Positions 42,101-52,398 of a DNA stretch of 64,000 nucleotides are shown here, piece by piece; within the stretch, counting starts at the first letter, position 1; each line of letters opens with the position of its first letter. The position numbers and the translations under genes were made by a program. Origin of the DNA: Andalucia godoyi And28 (Eukaryota; Protista; Jakobida); assembly GCA_009859145.1 (NCBI GenBank), contig VRVR01000020.1:276063-340062 (forward strand), given 5' to 3'. Under the pieces are notes generated by a model that did no database searches, was not told where the DNA came from, and was given only the letters and a program-made list of their open reading frames with translations.

Positions 42101-43382
42101 CTTCTCCTGCATTGGGACGAAGCTCTTTGAGGGTGAGACGATGAAGCGAAATGAGATATACTCATTCATTTGCAAATTGAAAGCACTGAAACTGCATGAG
42201 AAGACTGGCCCTGCGAATCCGCAAGTTGTCCAGCAGTTGCTGACTCCGAATAAGGATGACATTGAGTGCCGAATTGCGTATGTGGAGTTTTTGGCTGACG
42301 TGGGCTACACTAGCATTGCTTCACGATATCTGCAGTCGCTCATTCCGCTGTCAAAGTCTCTGGACGAGAGCCAAGTTCGGAAGCTGTCCGATTTGGAAAA
42401 GGCTCTTGATGGAAGCACACCGTCGCAGAAGCAGGAGAAAGGATGGCTCAAGTCTGTGTTTGGACTGAAGTTCATGTCCGATGACTCTTCCGGCAAGTCC
42501 TCTTTACCTGTCGCTTCCTCTCCATTGTCAGCGTTGCCGCCCTCTACAATCCCTATGCAGCATCCGATCTCCACGCCGGCCGCCAGTTCTACGTTCGCCA
42601 GCCCTTCACCGAGCACCAGTGAACCTCCTGCTGCTTTGCAGCGATCAAATTCTTCGTCTGCGACGTCTGGTCAGGATCCTCAGAAGCCTGCAGTCGCAGC
42701 TTCTGCCACGACTGGCCAGAAAGGGGGAAAGGAAGTCGCAGACGCTGGTGTTGGCGGATTCTTCCGGAAACTACTCGGTGGTCGGAACAAGGAAGTGAAG
42801 CTCGGTGATAATTTACAGTGCTATTATGACGAGAAACTCGGACGCTGGGTGTTCCCAGATGAAGATCCCTCCAAAGTTGCTGCCGCCTCTGCGCCCCCGC
42901 CCATGATGCAGCTGAATGTCCAGAACAGTGCATATGCAACAATCCCTGCGACGGCACCGGGTCCAGGACCAGGAGTAGCAGCACCAGGGTCAGGACCGGC
43001 CACCTCTGCTCCGGGCATTCCAGCTTCTGGTTTCGCACCTGGATTTCCCGGTTCTTCTTCATCGGGGAGCTCGGGTATGCCAATCTCTTCTGTTCCGTCC
43101 ATGCCGCTGGCGATGAATGCCGTGACATCCCGGTACGTGGATCCATTTTCGCTCTCTGCTGGACCTGCTCCTCCGGCTCCATCTGCAGGAGTGCGTCCTT
43201 CAGGTCTTGTTGCTCCTCCAGCTTCCGTTCCACCACCTGGCCTGAGTCAGGGTCCAATGATGCCGGGAGGTTTTGCAGCACCTGTTCCGATGGGACCTGG
43301 TGCACCTCCAAGGTTCTTCATGCCGAAGCCCTCGGTGCCCACGGAGGCCCCCGCTGAACAAACCCTGCCGCCGCAGTCTTGA
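39165..43382 (+). CDS. SEC16: COPII scaffold protein Sec16
   Basis: 1405 aa; long Pro/Gln-rich N-terminus, PVASFGFGGKLV, LLLDGKRDEAVKQA...FALALML (central conserved domain), C-terminal KLGDNLQCYYDEKLGRWV. Confidence 0.88.
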   Translation: MSVPDDVSFFDSLPSGTESDPDAAFFSQLSGADEGAVHDGHSAGYSSTSTYSDTASSVARRNPGSYQQSTAILDPSPLPPSSTTSSTASAAPSWMPPTASTSHVHPLHSSVSQESFEHSAGTPPQNDPTVTFSGRPQDGITAMNLMMMEDSFASSHPPQATTPASHVHSEPSLPDDATSEYAYSSRFSHSSGSSSTSTDNVSTFQAAPDHQGEPHEQGDWAWDQHSAGEGADFFDHIRPPSEPSTSASSLGSTAMMMQQHPQLLDHATVTGAPTQSHDTPPHQAVGPITDAAYYGSQIPQPQFSLQAGFVSVVNPPMFSSQAAGIPPNSVASARPPHALDNGSHPQPVFQPPQFAPQHPSLPSWPASSSTPVYAQPQATASATSNALPPMPEPQLSHSHAAQQNSQFLYHEQGGFGTPLSPPASAGGFQEISLTQQSPPVGGPLPNRVPSGSAAPVGQSMLSVSSGAFHAVPGPYHPSSVPVPQAAVPPNIAPSTFAAVPIASHAQPPLPPQISHTGPPNHHPLPANHLSFPTAQPVQANSQFSYGDQAHPDASALSPGSKARLEIENQKRTLELQMEELRRKMEELNGGAFVNGSQQPSQLVHNGGTTGYGPSHGRPQGHGHGRTPSFGSGPVFGATMSTSSSFASLPTYDGGLQGFRPGMHPGHQSSFGAVSHHSLIPFEIANDIMIPPKGAQIPVASFGFGGKLVVTFPRKQHRLNVLNPNAPAAESSLKPGSVAIHTMSSLFPIDDDHAFPVQFGNVQAVPQLVQYVQRKISFAADADERTLWSLLMVELQGLENEQVRLQGYKDLLTSLSSATPLENSCHVAKDLSVDADFTSIDQLLLDGKRDEAVKQAVRQKQFALALMLSSVIDKKTFHSVAAQYVKESMDEKSPLRTLLMVICQNISQTLLDNSSEHSVSWQQEWAHHVLMLISNPVHHMENWLVQLGDKLARDYGLVVPSILCYMFAAIPIESPFRDVRFSCIGTKLFEGETMKRNEIYSFICKLKALKLHEKTGPANPQVVQQLLTPNKDDIECRIAYVEFLADVGYTSIASRYLQSLIPLSKSLDESQVRKLSDLEKALDGSTPSQKQEKGWLKSVFGLKFMSDDSSGKSSLPVASSPLSALPPSTIPMQHPISTPAASSTFASPSPSTSEPPAALQRSNSSSATSGQDPQKPAVAASATTGQKGGKEVADAGVGGFFRKLLGGRNKEVKLGDNLQCYYDEKLGRWVFPDEDPSKVAAASAPPPMMQLNVQNSAYATIPATAPGPGPGVAAPGSGPATSAPGIPASGFAPGFPGSSSSGSSGMPISSVPSMPLAMNAVTSRYVDPFSLSAGPAPPAPSAGVRPSGLVAPPASVPPPGLSQGPMMPGGFAAPVPMGPGAPPRFFMPKPSVPTEAPAEQTLPPQS

Positions 43383-43488
43383 TAACAACAACGATGACGA
43401 CGACGACGACGACGACGACGGAAAGAAGAAGAAGAAGTTGTCATGTACGCGCTGCCTTTTTGTCACTTCTTCTTGGCTACATTAGAGA

Positions 43489-43551
43489 AATGAACGATGA
43501 ACGATGAACGATGAACGATGAACAATGAACAATGAACAATGAACAATGAAC
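43489..43551 (+). repeat. (RATGAAC)x9 tandem repeat between the converging SEC16 and MFSD5 3' ends
   Basis: Directly visible heptamer array without spacers. Confidence 0.9.
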
Positions 43552-43620
43552 ACGGCTCCGCTTCAGGCCCAATTACATAATTTTAATCTCGTCAGAGAGA
43601 CAAACATTTCGTCACATTAC

Positions 43621-44913
43621 TTAATGACCAAGACCATGCGACAGCAATGACTGACTGTCTGTCGGGGCTCGTGTGAAAAGAAAATGGGAGAATCCCGCTG
43701 CCAGCGCCAGCAATCCCGAGTTTATCAAGAAAATCTGCTCAATTCGCAGGTTGCCGGAATTGAAAAGAATGAACAGAACAAGCAGGTTGAGCGGCACTCG
43801 GAAGAGGTTCATCACCGTAGCTCGAACGTCTTCAGGAATGTACTTGGAACGGAGAGTTCCAATCGAGGGCCAGAAGACACCCACACACGCCTCAAAGGCA
43901 AAGAAGGAGAATCGGATCCAGGCAAGAGAGTGAGAAACAACTGGAATATACATGCACAGAGACGCAAGGAGAAAGACCCAGCGAACAAAATTTTCCACGC
44001 CAAGCTTCGCCTCATCCGTCAAGTACGAGAACATCAAAGAACCGATCATGACGCACTGCATAAACACAGCAAAGACGTAGCCATATGGAATGCGTGATTC
44101 GTAGCTGGACAGCGCAGGAGTCCAGGAAAAGACAAATGAATACATTGCGGCTTCAAACAAGGATTGCATTGCTCCCAGAGCAAAGATGCGAGGGTCGGAT
44201 CGGAGGGCTTCAAACGCACCTTTGAAGGACTGCGAAGCCAATGCGCTTGCGTCTCCGTAATTCTCCGTCCACGTGCTATCAATGATGACATACGCAGCAA
44301 CCAGCAACAAGATGGAAACATCAAATGGTGCCACAAAGCCAAACACGTCTGCCATGAGGTTGGCGACGATGCCGGAAGAAATGGCGACGATGGAGTTTGC
44401 CGTTGTGGCGAGTCCAAACGTGGTTCCCAGCAGCGAGCTTTCAAAGCCTCGCTCACGATGGGCATGCACCATCCAGCTTTCAAAAACGGAAAACAACAAT
44501 GAGGTCGCGACGCCCCCGAACAAGCGTCCGATCATCAACATCCAGAACGACGAAGAGTGCTTGGTCAAGCATGAAAGAATGTACAAAATGCAATACAGCT
44601 TGGAGAAGCTCTTGCGCCCATATTTGTCTGCAAGTCCCCCAACAATGGTTCCGAACAAGAACGACGACCCGAAACCTGCGACAAACAGCGCGCCAATGTC
44701 CTTTCTGGAAAATCCGTAATGCTCATACAGTGCATACACATGCGATCCCTGCAGCCAATCAGCAGCACTTACGAGCACGAATACCACAAGGTAGTTTTTC
44801 TGGAACTTTTTGAACTCGAGCGTATGATCGTGCGATCCAGACTGCTGTTTCCAAGAACGATATTGAAACCCAGTGCAAATCACCAGCAGGAACAAAAACA
44901 GCGTTGCGTACAT
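43621..44913 (-). CDS. MFSD5: MFSD5/MOT2-type molybdate-anion transporter (MFS)
   Basis: FKKFQKNYLVVFVLVSAADWLQGSHVYALY, GGLADKYGRK, SLLFSVFESWMV, LRSKYIPEDVRATVMNLFRVPLN. Confidence 0.92.
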   Translation of the reverse strand: MYATLFLFLLVICTGFQYRSWKQQSGSHDHTLEFKKFQKNYLVVFVLVSAADWLQGSHVYALYEHYGFSRKDIGALFVAGFGSSFLFGTIVGGLADKYGRKSFSKLYCILYILSCLTKHSSSFWMLMIGRLFGGVATSLLFSVFESWMVHAHRERGFESSLLGTTFGLATTANSIVAISSGIVANLMADVFGFVAPFDVSILLLVAAYVIIDSTWTENYGDASALASQSFKGAFEALRSDPRIFALGAMQSLFEAAMYSFVFSWTPALSSYESRIPYGYVFAVFMQCVMIGSLMFSYLTDEAKLGVENFVRWVFLLASLCMYIPVVSHSLAWIRFSFFAFEACVGVFWPSIGTLRSKYIPEDVRATVMNLFRVPLNLLVLFILFNSGNLRIEQIFLINSGLLALAAGFSHFLFTRAPTDSQSLLSHGLGH

Positions 44914-44936
44914 GCTCTTTATTTCTCCTCTCTGTC

Positions 44937-44976
<40 letters not shown>

Positions 44977-44977
44977 C

Positions 44978-45043
44978 CCAACTCACCAACTCACCAACTC
45001 ACCAACTCACCAACTCACCAACTCACCAACTCACCAACTCACC
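44978..45043 (-). repeat. (GGTGAGTT)x8 tandem repeat upstream of MFSD5
   Basis: Plus strand (ACCAACTC)n, 8 copies counted, next to (CA)n and (CT)n runs. Confidence 0.92.
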
Positions 45044-45776
45044 GTTCTTCTGGTGAAATTGCTCAAGATAAATAGATAGAAATAAAAAGAGAAACGCCCG
45101 ATGACGTTCTGCATAAAAATCCTCCAAACGAAGCGGATGACAGTCAGGCAAAATCAGTTCCGGGAATTGCCCCAGACACTCGTTCGCCAACATCCAGCAA
45201 CCACGCAGCCAATTCACCACGCAGATTTCAAGAAGCAACCCTAGCTGTGTCCATGCTTTCTTTATATGCAAACACCTATTATTGTTAAACCCCCTTTTGC
45301 GGTGGGAAACGAACCCTAAATAGCGCCGGTCCTTTTTGCCAGGTATTGAAACGCCCTCCCAACAAGGCGGCGAAGGCCTCCCTTTGGCAGTTTGTTTCCC
45401 TACGTCTCTCCCTCTCTCTCTCTTTGGGGGAAAAAAAACCCTCCGCAGAACACAGCGCATTTCTTCTGTCATTATACTTATCTGTTCGATTTCATTTTCA
45501 TATTTTTTAATTTATTAATTATTTTTTTAAAATAATAATAATAAATTGACTCTTTTTGATTAGCAAAGACGGAGAGGAGATTTAGTTTCTGTTGTTTTTC
45601 CTCCCAACGAAAAGTGTCATTGTTGCGTTAATTATTTTTTAATTACGTTTTGGGCTGTACAGTTTAATTTTCCAGACGCTTTACTGTCACTCGGACACGC
45701 GCTGACTCTCGCACTGCTGTGTCTGTTTTGGACAGCGATCATAGAGAGAAGGAAGACGTAGAAGGATCAAGCAAGA

Positions 45777-48700
45777 ATGTCAGGCCGGAAAGGATCAAAA
45801 TCATCATCGTCAAAGTCGGGGAGTAGTGTATCGACGATGCATTCCGTGTATGGATCATCCTCTGCTTCATCCGGCGTTCCTCGGTCGTCGTCGTCTACCA
45901 ACCGACGATCTCAGTCTTCGCTGCGCAGAGATGTGGAGTCGATTGCAACTCCAAGACCGATTGCGACGTATGGGTTTCGGACTGCGGCACCCTCTGGACT
46001 CCGGGCAGTGCCTGTGCGATCCGGGAAGTCGAGCGCAACCCTCTTTGAAACGACATCGTCTTTGAAGAATAGCTCGGAATCTGGAGCCAAGAAATCAAAA
46101 AAGAAGAAGGCGGCTTCATCAACTACTGGAACAGGAGCTGGAGCTGGGGGAGGAAAGAAAAAGCTCGTGGAGCACTATGTCTCGGCGGACGAGTACGAAG
46201 ATGCAGATGCAGATGGCGATCCAGATGCAGATGAAATTGCAATGCCGAATTCAGCAAGGCCGCGGTTGGAGTCGTCCACTGCTGCCAGAAGCTCCCGGTC
46301 TCGGATGGGATTTCAGGATAATTCTGCGCAAATGGAGTTCAAGTCGCTGAGCTCAGGGAGGAATCAAGGTGCTTCTCCCTCTCCTGTTCCGTTTCCCGTG
46401 GGCTCAAGATCCTCTTCACGACAGATGGCTCGTAATACATCCAGAACTGCATCTCCTTATTTCGGGGGACGCCTATCCTCGCTTCGATTCAACGACGAAG
46501 ATGAAGAGGATGGCCTGCCGAAGCAACGTCGAAAGAGAAACGACGACGTCATTGATGATAACGTGATGAATGGTCATGGAGAATTTACCGATAATGACGG
46601 AGACGAGGAAGAGGATGATGAGGAGGGCTCCGAAGAGCCTGCCGACGACAGTTTCGCAGCGGCAAGAAATCGATCCGATGATGATGCAAGAGTGTCGAGT
46701 TCTGGCGGCGAAGAGTTTATCGACGATGCTGTCATCTCTTCCAGAAGGATCAGTTCGTCGAAGCCTTCGTCAGAGATGCGCTCCAGAGGAGGGGGAGCAG
46801 CGGCCGCCGTGAGAGAGCGACCATCTTCGGAAAAGCTTCCACCTATTGCTGCGCAGCGCTCGAGCTCTTCGGAAAAGTCTCGCCAAAGACCGCAATCAGT
46901 GTCTCTTGTTACTGCGGAAGATCTGGATCGCCGCCTGTCCGAGTTTATGTTGATGCAGCAGCAGATGCACGACCAGAAGGAAACATTGCTTCGGCAGCAG
47001 TTGTCGCAACAACAGCAACAAATGGAGGTCCAAGCAAAGCAGCACCAACATCCACAATTGCAGTCGCAGTCACAGCCGCAGTCACAGCCGCAGTCAGAAC
47101 AGCAGAGCAGACAGCAGATACCTGCCAGTGAGTTATCGGATCGTCAACAGCAGCAGCGACAGGCGGCGTCAAACGGCCCTGAGCAATCAGCTCAAGCGTA
47201 TCGTACGAATGCCGTGCAAGCGCAGATGGCGAGTTCCCCGACAACCCACCAGTCTCAACAACACATGGTCGGTTCCGCAAACTATGGCGAGCCCCGTCCT
47301 TCTCAGCTGAACAACGAGCTGGAGCGGCAGAGGCGCCTGCTTGCTGCGAAGGCCAATGAAGCGGATCAATTGCGCTCCGAGCTGTCGGAGATTTCTACAC
47401 TGCTTTCAAACACATTTTCAACCCTTCAAGAGAAAACCAAGACGGTGGACGAGAAGGAAAGAGTGCTGGATTCCTTGAAAGTCAAGTTGCACGAGTTGGA
47501 AACGAACTCCGCGACTCTTCAGCGGCGATTGTCTGATCGTGAAGCGGAACTGCAGGAACGCGTCGCATTTTTCGATCGAATCCTCAAGGAGCGACAGAAG
47601 GAACTGGAAGACATGCTCGATGAGCGACGGAAAGAATTGAAGACGATCAAGGAGCGAGAGCAGCTGTGCCGTGAGTACGAGGAAAAATTGGAGAATCGTG
47701 AACGTGACTTGCTTGCCCGTGAAAAGAAGTTTACCGTCTCTGTGGACGAGCAAAGATCTCAGCTGTCTGATTTGGAAGCCGTAGTCGGCAGACGGAATGA
47801 CGAGCTGTCCAAGATCAAGGCCGATATTGAGCACCTGGTGAAAGTGCGAGACGATCTTTCTGCGCAAGGAAAGAACTTTGAAAACGCGGTGCATCAATTT
47901 GAAGATCGCATTGGTCTTGCACAAAAGACCCACGTGGAACAGGAAAAGCAAATCGTTGCCTCAGTGCTCCGACGACGCCTGATTGACGTCGCGATTGTCG
48001 AGGAAATTCATGAGGAGTTCCGTGCTTTGGAGGCTCGTGAATTCCTCATTCAGCAGAAGGAGGAGCGCCTGGAGAGAATGTACGAGGTGGTTCAGACGCA
48101 AGCAACGCGCAACGCGGAGGCCACTGCAAAAATACGTGACGCCCAAAATGTAATCAAGAAGCAGCGTGATTTGTTACTCACAAAGCAGGAGCGCTTGCGA
48201 CTGGCGATGGTTTCGAGGAAAACGGAGCTCATCACACTGGAGGAGGAATGCCGGAAGTATCGCAAGGAAGTTGACGAGCTGAAGATCGTTTCTGCCCAGA
48301 AGGAATCCGTCGTGAAGGAGCTTGGATCCATGGACGAAGCGCTGCGGTTGAAGCGGAGAGAGCTCGAGGCATTGCAGGAAATTGAACGAGACACTTATCA
48401 GCAGCTGGAGCGGCACTCAAAGTCATTCCGAGAAGAGGTGGAATCAAAGGAGAAAGAGACGGACGAGCGGCTGCTGCGTCGCAGAACTGATTTGAAGAAC
48501 ACTGAAGATGCCCTTTCTGCTCGGAGAAAAGAACTGACGGCTCTGGAAAAGATGATCTTGGAACGGGAACAGCGATTGCACGGGATTGAAGCGATTTCCA
48601 ATGGCTCCATGTCCCCACGGCCGTCGATGCGCACGCCCTCGACTCCTGGATCCTCCGCGCCTCAAACGATGCTTTCGAGTTATGCAAGTGGTTCCGGGAA

Positions 48701-48968
48701 TTCTTCACAGCCCCAGCCTCCAACAACGCCCAACGGTGGTTCTTTCCGAAAATCCGTGAAGTTTAACGAGTCTGTCGCTTCTCCTGCACCAGCGTCATCC
48801 GCAGCGTCTCCTGCTCCACGCCCTGTTGCAAGATCTTCAAACAGAACTTCTTCTTCGTCGTCGGCGTCCGACTTTGATATTGACGACGGATTGTCGGATC
48901 TGGCGAACGAGCTAGACGCCCTCATGATGCCTCCTCCGCCTTCAGAATATCGCAAGACCACTGCCTAG
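45777..48968 (+). CDS. Uncharacterised 1063-aa protein: Ser/basic disordered N-terminus, Gln-rich linker, ~450-aa coiled coil
   Basis: Long ATG-initiated ORF with continuous E/K/R/L heptads from about aa 515 to 940; no family recognised. Confidence 0.8.
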   Translation: MSGRKGSKSSSSKSGSSVSTMHSVYGSSSASSGVPRSSSSTNRRSQSSLRRDVESIATPRPIATYGFRTAAPSGLRAVPVRSGKSSATLFETTSSLKNSSESGAKKSKKKKAASSTTGTGAGAGGGKKKLVEHYVSADEYEDADADGDPDADEIAMPNSARPRLESSTAARSSRSRMGFQDNSAQMEFKSLSSGRNQGASPSPVPFPVGSRSSSRQMARNTSRTASPYFGGRLSSLRFNDEDEEDGLPKQRRKRNDDVIDDNVMNGHGEFTDNDGDEEEDDEEGSEEPADDSFAAARNRSDDDARVSSSGGEEFIDDAVISSRRISSSKPSSEMRSRGGGAAAAVRERPSSEKLPPIAAQRSSSSEKSRQRPQSVSLVTAEDLDRRLSEFMLMQQQMHDQKETLLRQQLSQQQQQMEVQAKQHQHPQLQSQSQPQSQPQSEQQSRQQIPASELSDRQQQQRQAASNGPEQSAQAYRTNAVQAQMASSPTTHQSQQHMVGSANYGEPRPSQLNNELERQRRLLAAKANEADQLRSELSEISTLLSNTFSTLQEKTKTVDEKERVLDSLKVKLHELETNSATLQRRLSDREAELQERVAFFDRILKERQKELEDMLDERRKELKTIKEREQLCREYEEKLENRERDLLAREKKFTVSVDEQRSQLSDLEAVVGRRNDELSKIKADIEHLVKVRDDLSAQGKNFENAVHQFEDRIGLAQKTHVEQEKQIVASVLRRRLIDVAIVEEIHEEFRALEAREFLIQQKEERLERMYEVVQTQATRNAEATAKIRDAQNVIKKQRDLLLTKQERLRLAMVSRKTELITLEEECRKYRKEVDELKIVSAQKESVVKELGSMDEALRLKRRELEALQEIERDTYQQLERHSKSFREEVESKEKETDERLLRRRTDLKNTEDALSARRKELTALEKMILEREQRLHGIEAISNGSMSPRPSMRTPSTPGSSAPQTMLSSYASGSGNSSQPQPPTTPNGGSFRKSVKFNESVASPAPASSAASPAPRPVARSSNRTSSSSSASDFDIDDGLSDLANELDALMMPPPPSEYRKTTA

Positions 48969-49285
48969 TTTCCGCATGCATTGACCTCGCAGAATAAAAA
49001 GAATCCATTTTTCATTTTTTATTTGTTTATTATTTTAATTCAAGTTAATTTAAGGAATTAATGAATTAATGAATTAATGAATTAATGAACCAGGAAAACA
49101 GTGAACAGTGCTTCCCAAATGTGATGTCTTGCGATGCTCTCTTTTTTATTTTTTCTTTTTTATGGAACAATTACATGAACAAATGCGTGTACTGTATTTC
49201 TGACCGAGTTGTTTATTATTATTATATAAAGACCCTTTTCGCAAATTGGACGTGTGCGTAACGTAAAGAGACGAGGGAACAGCGA

Positions 49286-51946
49286 TTACACCGCGCTTGC
49301 CGCTTCGGTCTCCGTTACCGGGATTGCTAATCGACTGCTTACCGCAGCACCATTCAGACTGTGTGTTACGCTGTTGCTGCGAGACGAAGCAGACACAGGA
49401 GGAACAGGCGGAAATGCTGAAGGTGGAGCCTTTTGCATGAACTTCACAAATGGTTCCATCACACGAACAGGTGGAGCAACATAGGCTACTTGAAGGAAGT
49501 CGGGATCTAAAATGTCATCCGTCTGCGTCAAGGCATCCGTGTTCAGGGATGCGAATGCACCACGTTTCCCGAGATTCGAATACCACCCAAGCAAGATGAT
49601 TACTGTTATCAAAAGAACAACAAGCATGATGGCGAACGGTCCTTGAACTCCTTTGATCGCGAAGAAGTACATCATGTAGCTCTCAAATACAATCATGGCA
49701 GCGAAAACGAAACGACAGAGCAGCAGCAACTTCTCCCGATAGATGCGATGAGACACCGAGAGAGATCCTGATTCAGACGGGGGGTGGACCGTAAGCAAAT
49801 TGTACTGGTCGACAAAATACTTGCAGACGAGGAAGAACCACCCGACCAGAGCGATCAGCGGCGTTAGAAGCGCATAGGTAAGTGAAATGGCGACGATAGA
49901 AACCATGAAAGGAGTGTGGACTTGGTACTCAAAAGGGGACATTCGATCCAGAATTCTCTCTTCTTCGCCGCTAATCGGTTTCTTCGTTGTCACTGCTCGA
50001 TAAAACGTTTCGCCGACCCGCAGCATGTCAATGGCATTTCCAAGGAAGGACACCTGGATGACGTACGCCAAGAAGAACGATCCTGCTTTTGGGAGGAAAA
50101 CGTTGTCCAGGGTGTCATTCCAGTTGTTCGTGGATTCGAACGTCCGAATGGCATCGACCAAAGTCAGGGAAATCATTGGTAGAATCAGAGACGAGAGCAA
50201 GAAGTACACATAATTTCGAGCGTAGACGTTGTACATCACCGTGGAATGCAGACGATGGCCCTCAAGATTCGTCAGAAACTCAATAATAATCGGCAACACT
50301 AGAATGACAATCAGCAGAAGGAGAGACGGGAGAAACGTGTACGCAAAACTGGGCACAACCGATGCACCGCTCACGAAGCCGACGACCGACTGGACAACAG
50401 CAAGAGGCGTCGAAAAGAAAAACAATATGGTGATCAAAACGGTCTGCACTGCAGCGATACGACAAAGCTTTTCATGACGATCAATATTCAAGTTCTGCCA
50501 CAGGACATCAGACGGCTCAGGCGCCGGACGAACGCTCAAGGAGCCGTGCTCGAGAACGTTCACGTGCTGATACAAAGCACTGCTCGCATACTCTGCTATT
50601 TCCAGAGAGCGAAACACAATGAAGCCAATATTCGTGCACTCTGGATTGGACTGGTAGTACTCTTGCCCGGCTTTGAGTTCATCATACGCTCTGCGCATTC
50701 GTCTCTCATAAATCTTGATAGCATCGACTTTCCGGAAGAATGGCGGCAACGATGTCAGCATCCAGATCTTGGGCCGTACATGTTCCTCGGACCGTTGCCA
50801 ATCTCCATTCGCAACCACCCACTTTTCTCGCAGTGTCCGCAGCTTCTTATCGGCTTTCACCAGCTTGCGAGTGTCGTGTGCAAGCCGTGCGGAAACGATG
50901 TCTGCTGCAGCAATTGGCCGGTACGTTGATGCTTTCCTGAGCGATCCTTCATTCAAGATGTGCAGAACAAAGGAGGCAAGCTCCTCGTCGGATGTGACGG
51001 TTGTAGGGATTTTCAGCAGCATGATGGCGTACTTTGAAATTCGCCCTGTCAGCTGCGGAGCAGCCGGCACTCTTTCCGCGTGATCGTGCTCCGGCTCGGA
51101 ATCGGCTACTGGTTTTGCGTAGTCCTCCATTTCCTCTCCATAATCCGAATTCACTGGTCCTGAGAGTGCTGTTGGTGTCTGGAAGAAGAGCGATTCCGAG
51201 GATCGAAAGTCCACTTGACCACCCGTGAGCGATGTTGTGGCCTCGTGCCTTTGAAAATACGCGACGCAGCAAAACCCAGCGAGAGTAAACAGCACTGCCA
51301 ACAGACAATGGATCCACAGAATGTCCTTGTTCTTCATTACCTGGTCAATTGTCGTGGTCATGTAGACCGATTTTTGAGTGTCGGCATCCGTTTCCGCTTG
51401 ATCAGAACCGTCCGCGGTGACGTGAAGCGGGAGCACAACCACGAGCGAAATAAGAGCTACAAAACTCATGAAGCCGACCAATGCCCGCTGCAAGACAGTG
51501 TAGACCGCTGCGTCATGGCCCGCAAGACGAAGAACATCGTCGACAGACGCGATCCTGAAGAACCCTCGCAGCGAGTCCACTGATTCGCGGTGAAGAATAG
51601 GAACACCAAAAATACGAAGAGTAGGCTGCGTCGCAGAGCGGGTCAGGCGAGTAGAGGACACCGAATGCGCTAGTTTGGCCTTTTCATCATCATTGTGTCT
51701 GTGGTTGGCATTGTGATTACCGGGCGACAGGTTTTCCACGCCATCGTCAATCGAACTGTCATCCATGCCAGATGCATTCATTGCATCGAGCTCTATTTGA
51801 GATCCAACTGAAGGCAGAAACCGCAGAAAATTCTTGATGACACGCTTGCGGTTTTTCACAATGACCCAAAAAGCAATGCAGCAAAGCACAAAGCACACAA
51901 TGTTGATTGCAAACACAGTCAGCAAACTCACATCCAACTCGGACAT
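49286..51946 (-). CDS. OSCA/TMEM63/CSC1-family mechanosensitive ion channel
   Basis: N-terminal TM helix, GHDAAVY, VVLPLH, cytosolic linker with IGFIVF, APEPSDVLWQNL, multiple TMs, KYFVDQYNLLTVH. Confidence 0.9.
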   Translation of the reverse strand: MSELDVSLLTVFAINIVCFVLCCIAFWVIVKNRKRVIKNFLRFLPSVGSQIELDAMNASGMDDSSIDDGVENLSPGNHNANHRHNDDEKAKLAHSVSSTRLTRSATQPTLRIFGVPILHRESVDSLRGFFRIASVDDVLRLAGHDAAVYTVLQRALVGFMSFVALISLVVVLPLHVTADGSDQAETDADTQKSVYMTTTIDQVMKNKDILWIHCLLAVLFTLAGFCCVAYFQRHEATTSLTGGQVDFRSSESLFFQTPTALSGPVNSDYGEEMEDYAKPVADSEPEHDHAERVPAAPQLTGRISKYAIMLLKIPTTVTSDEELASFVLHILNEGSLRKASTYRPIAAADIVSARLAHDTRKLVKADKKLRTLREKWVVANGDWQRSEEHVRPKIWMLTSLPPFFRKVDAIKIYERRMRRAYDELKAGQEYYQSNPECTNIGFIVFRSLEIAEYASSALYQHVNVLEHGSLSVRPAPEPSDVLWQNLNIDRHEKLCRIAAVQTVLITILFFFSTPLAVVQSVVGFVSGASVVPSFAYTFLPSLLLLIVILVLPIIIEFLTNLEGHRLHSTVMYNVYARNYVYFLLSSLILPMISLTLVDAIRTFESTNNWNDTLDNVFLPKAGSFFLAYVIQVSFLGNAIDMLRVGETFYRAVTTKKPISGEEERILDRMSPFEYQVHTPFMVSIVAISLTYALLTPLIALVGWFFLVCKYFVDQYNLLTVHPPSESGSLSVSHRIYREKLLLLCRFVFAAMIVFESYMMYFFAIKGVQGPFAIMLVVLLITVIILLGWYSNLGKRGAFASLNTDALTQTDDILDPDFLQVAYVAPPVRVMEPFVKFMQKAPPSAFPPVPPVSASSRSNSVTHSLNGAAVSSRLAIPVTETEAASAV

Positions 51947-52034
51947 TCCTGACTTTCTCTAAGAACTCCTAATTTCCACGGAGTGATCTATCCTATGTAC
52001 AAAAACGACTAACCAGCAACAACAACAACAACAA

Positions 52035-52076
<42 letters not shown>

Positions 52077-52398
52077 CAACGACAACAACAACAAAGAAAG
52101 AAAAACAAAATAACAAAAAACTAGTTGATAGATAAATATAAATAAATAAATAAATAAATAAATAACAGAACGGTGCGCGAGCTCTGTCCAACTGTCTGCT
52201 GTCACGATTGCACTACGGTTTTCTTTTTTCCCTCACGCATACACGAGCGCACCATGCGTTACACAAAGCGGAGTCGAGGGAAGTCGACCACTGCGGGAAG
52301 CATTTGCTGCGGATTGCCCAGCTGTGCTTGCGAAGAAAAGTGGACGATGTGAACGGTTTCATTTCTGTCGGGCGTCGGATTGACTGAGTGGGTACGGT

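Noticed and set aside
43489-45043. Short tandem arrays considered as CRISPR-like
   Set aside because: 7-8-nt units with no unique spacers, no cas genes, eukaryotic context.
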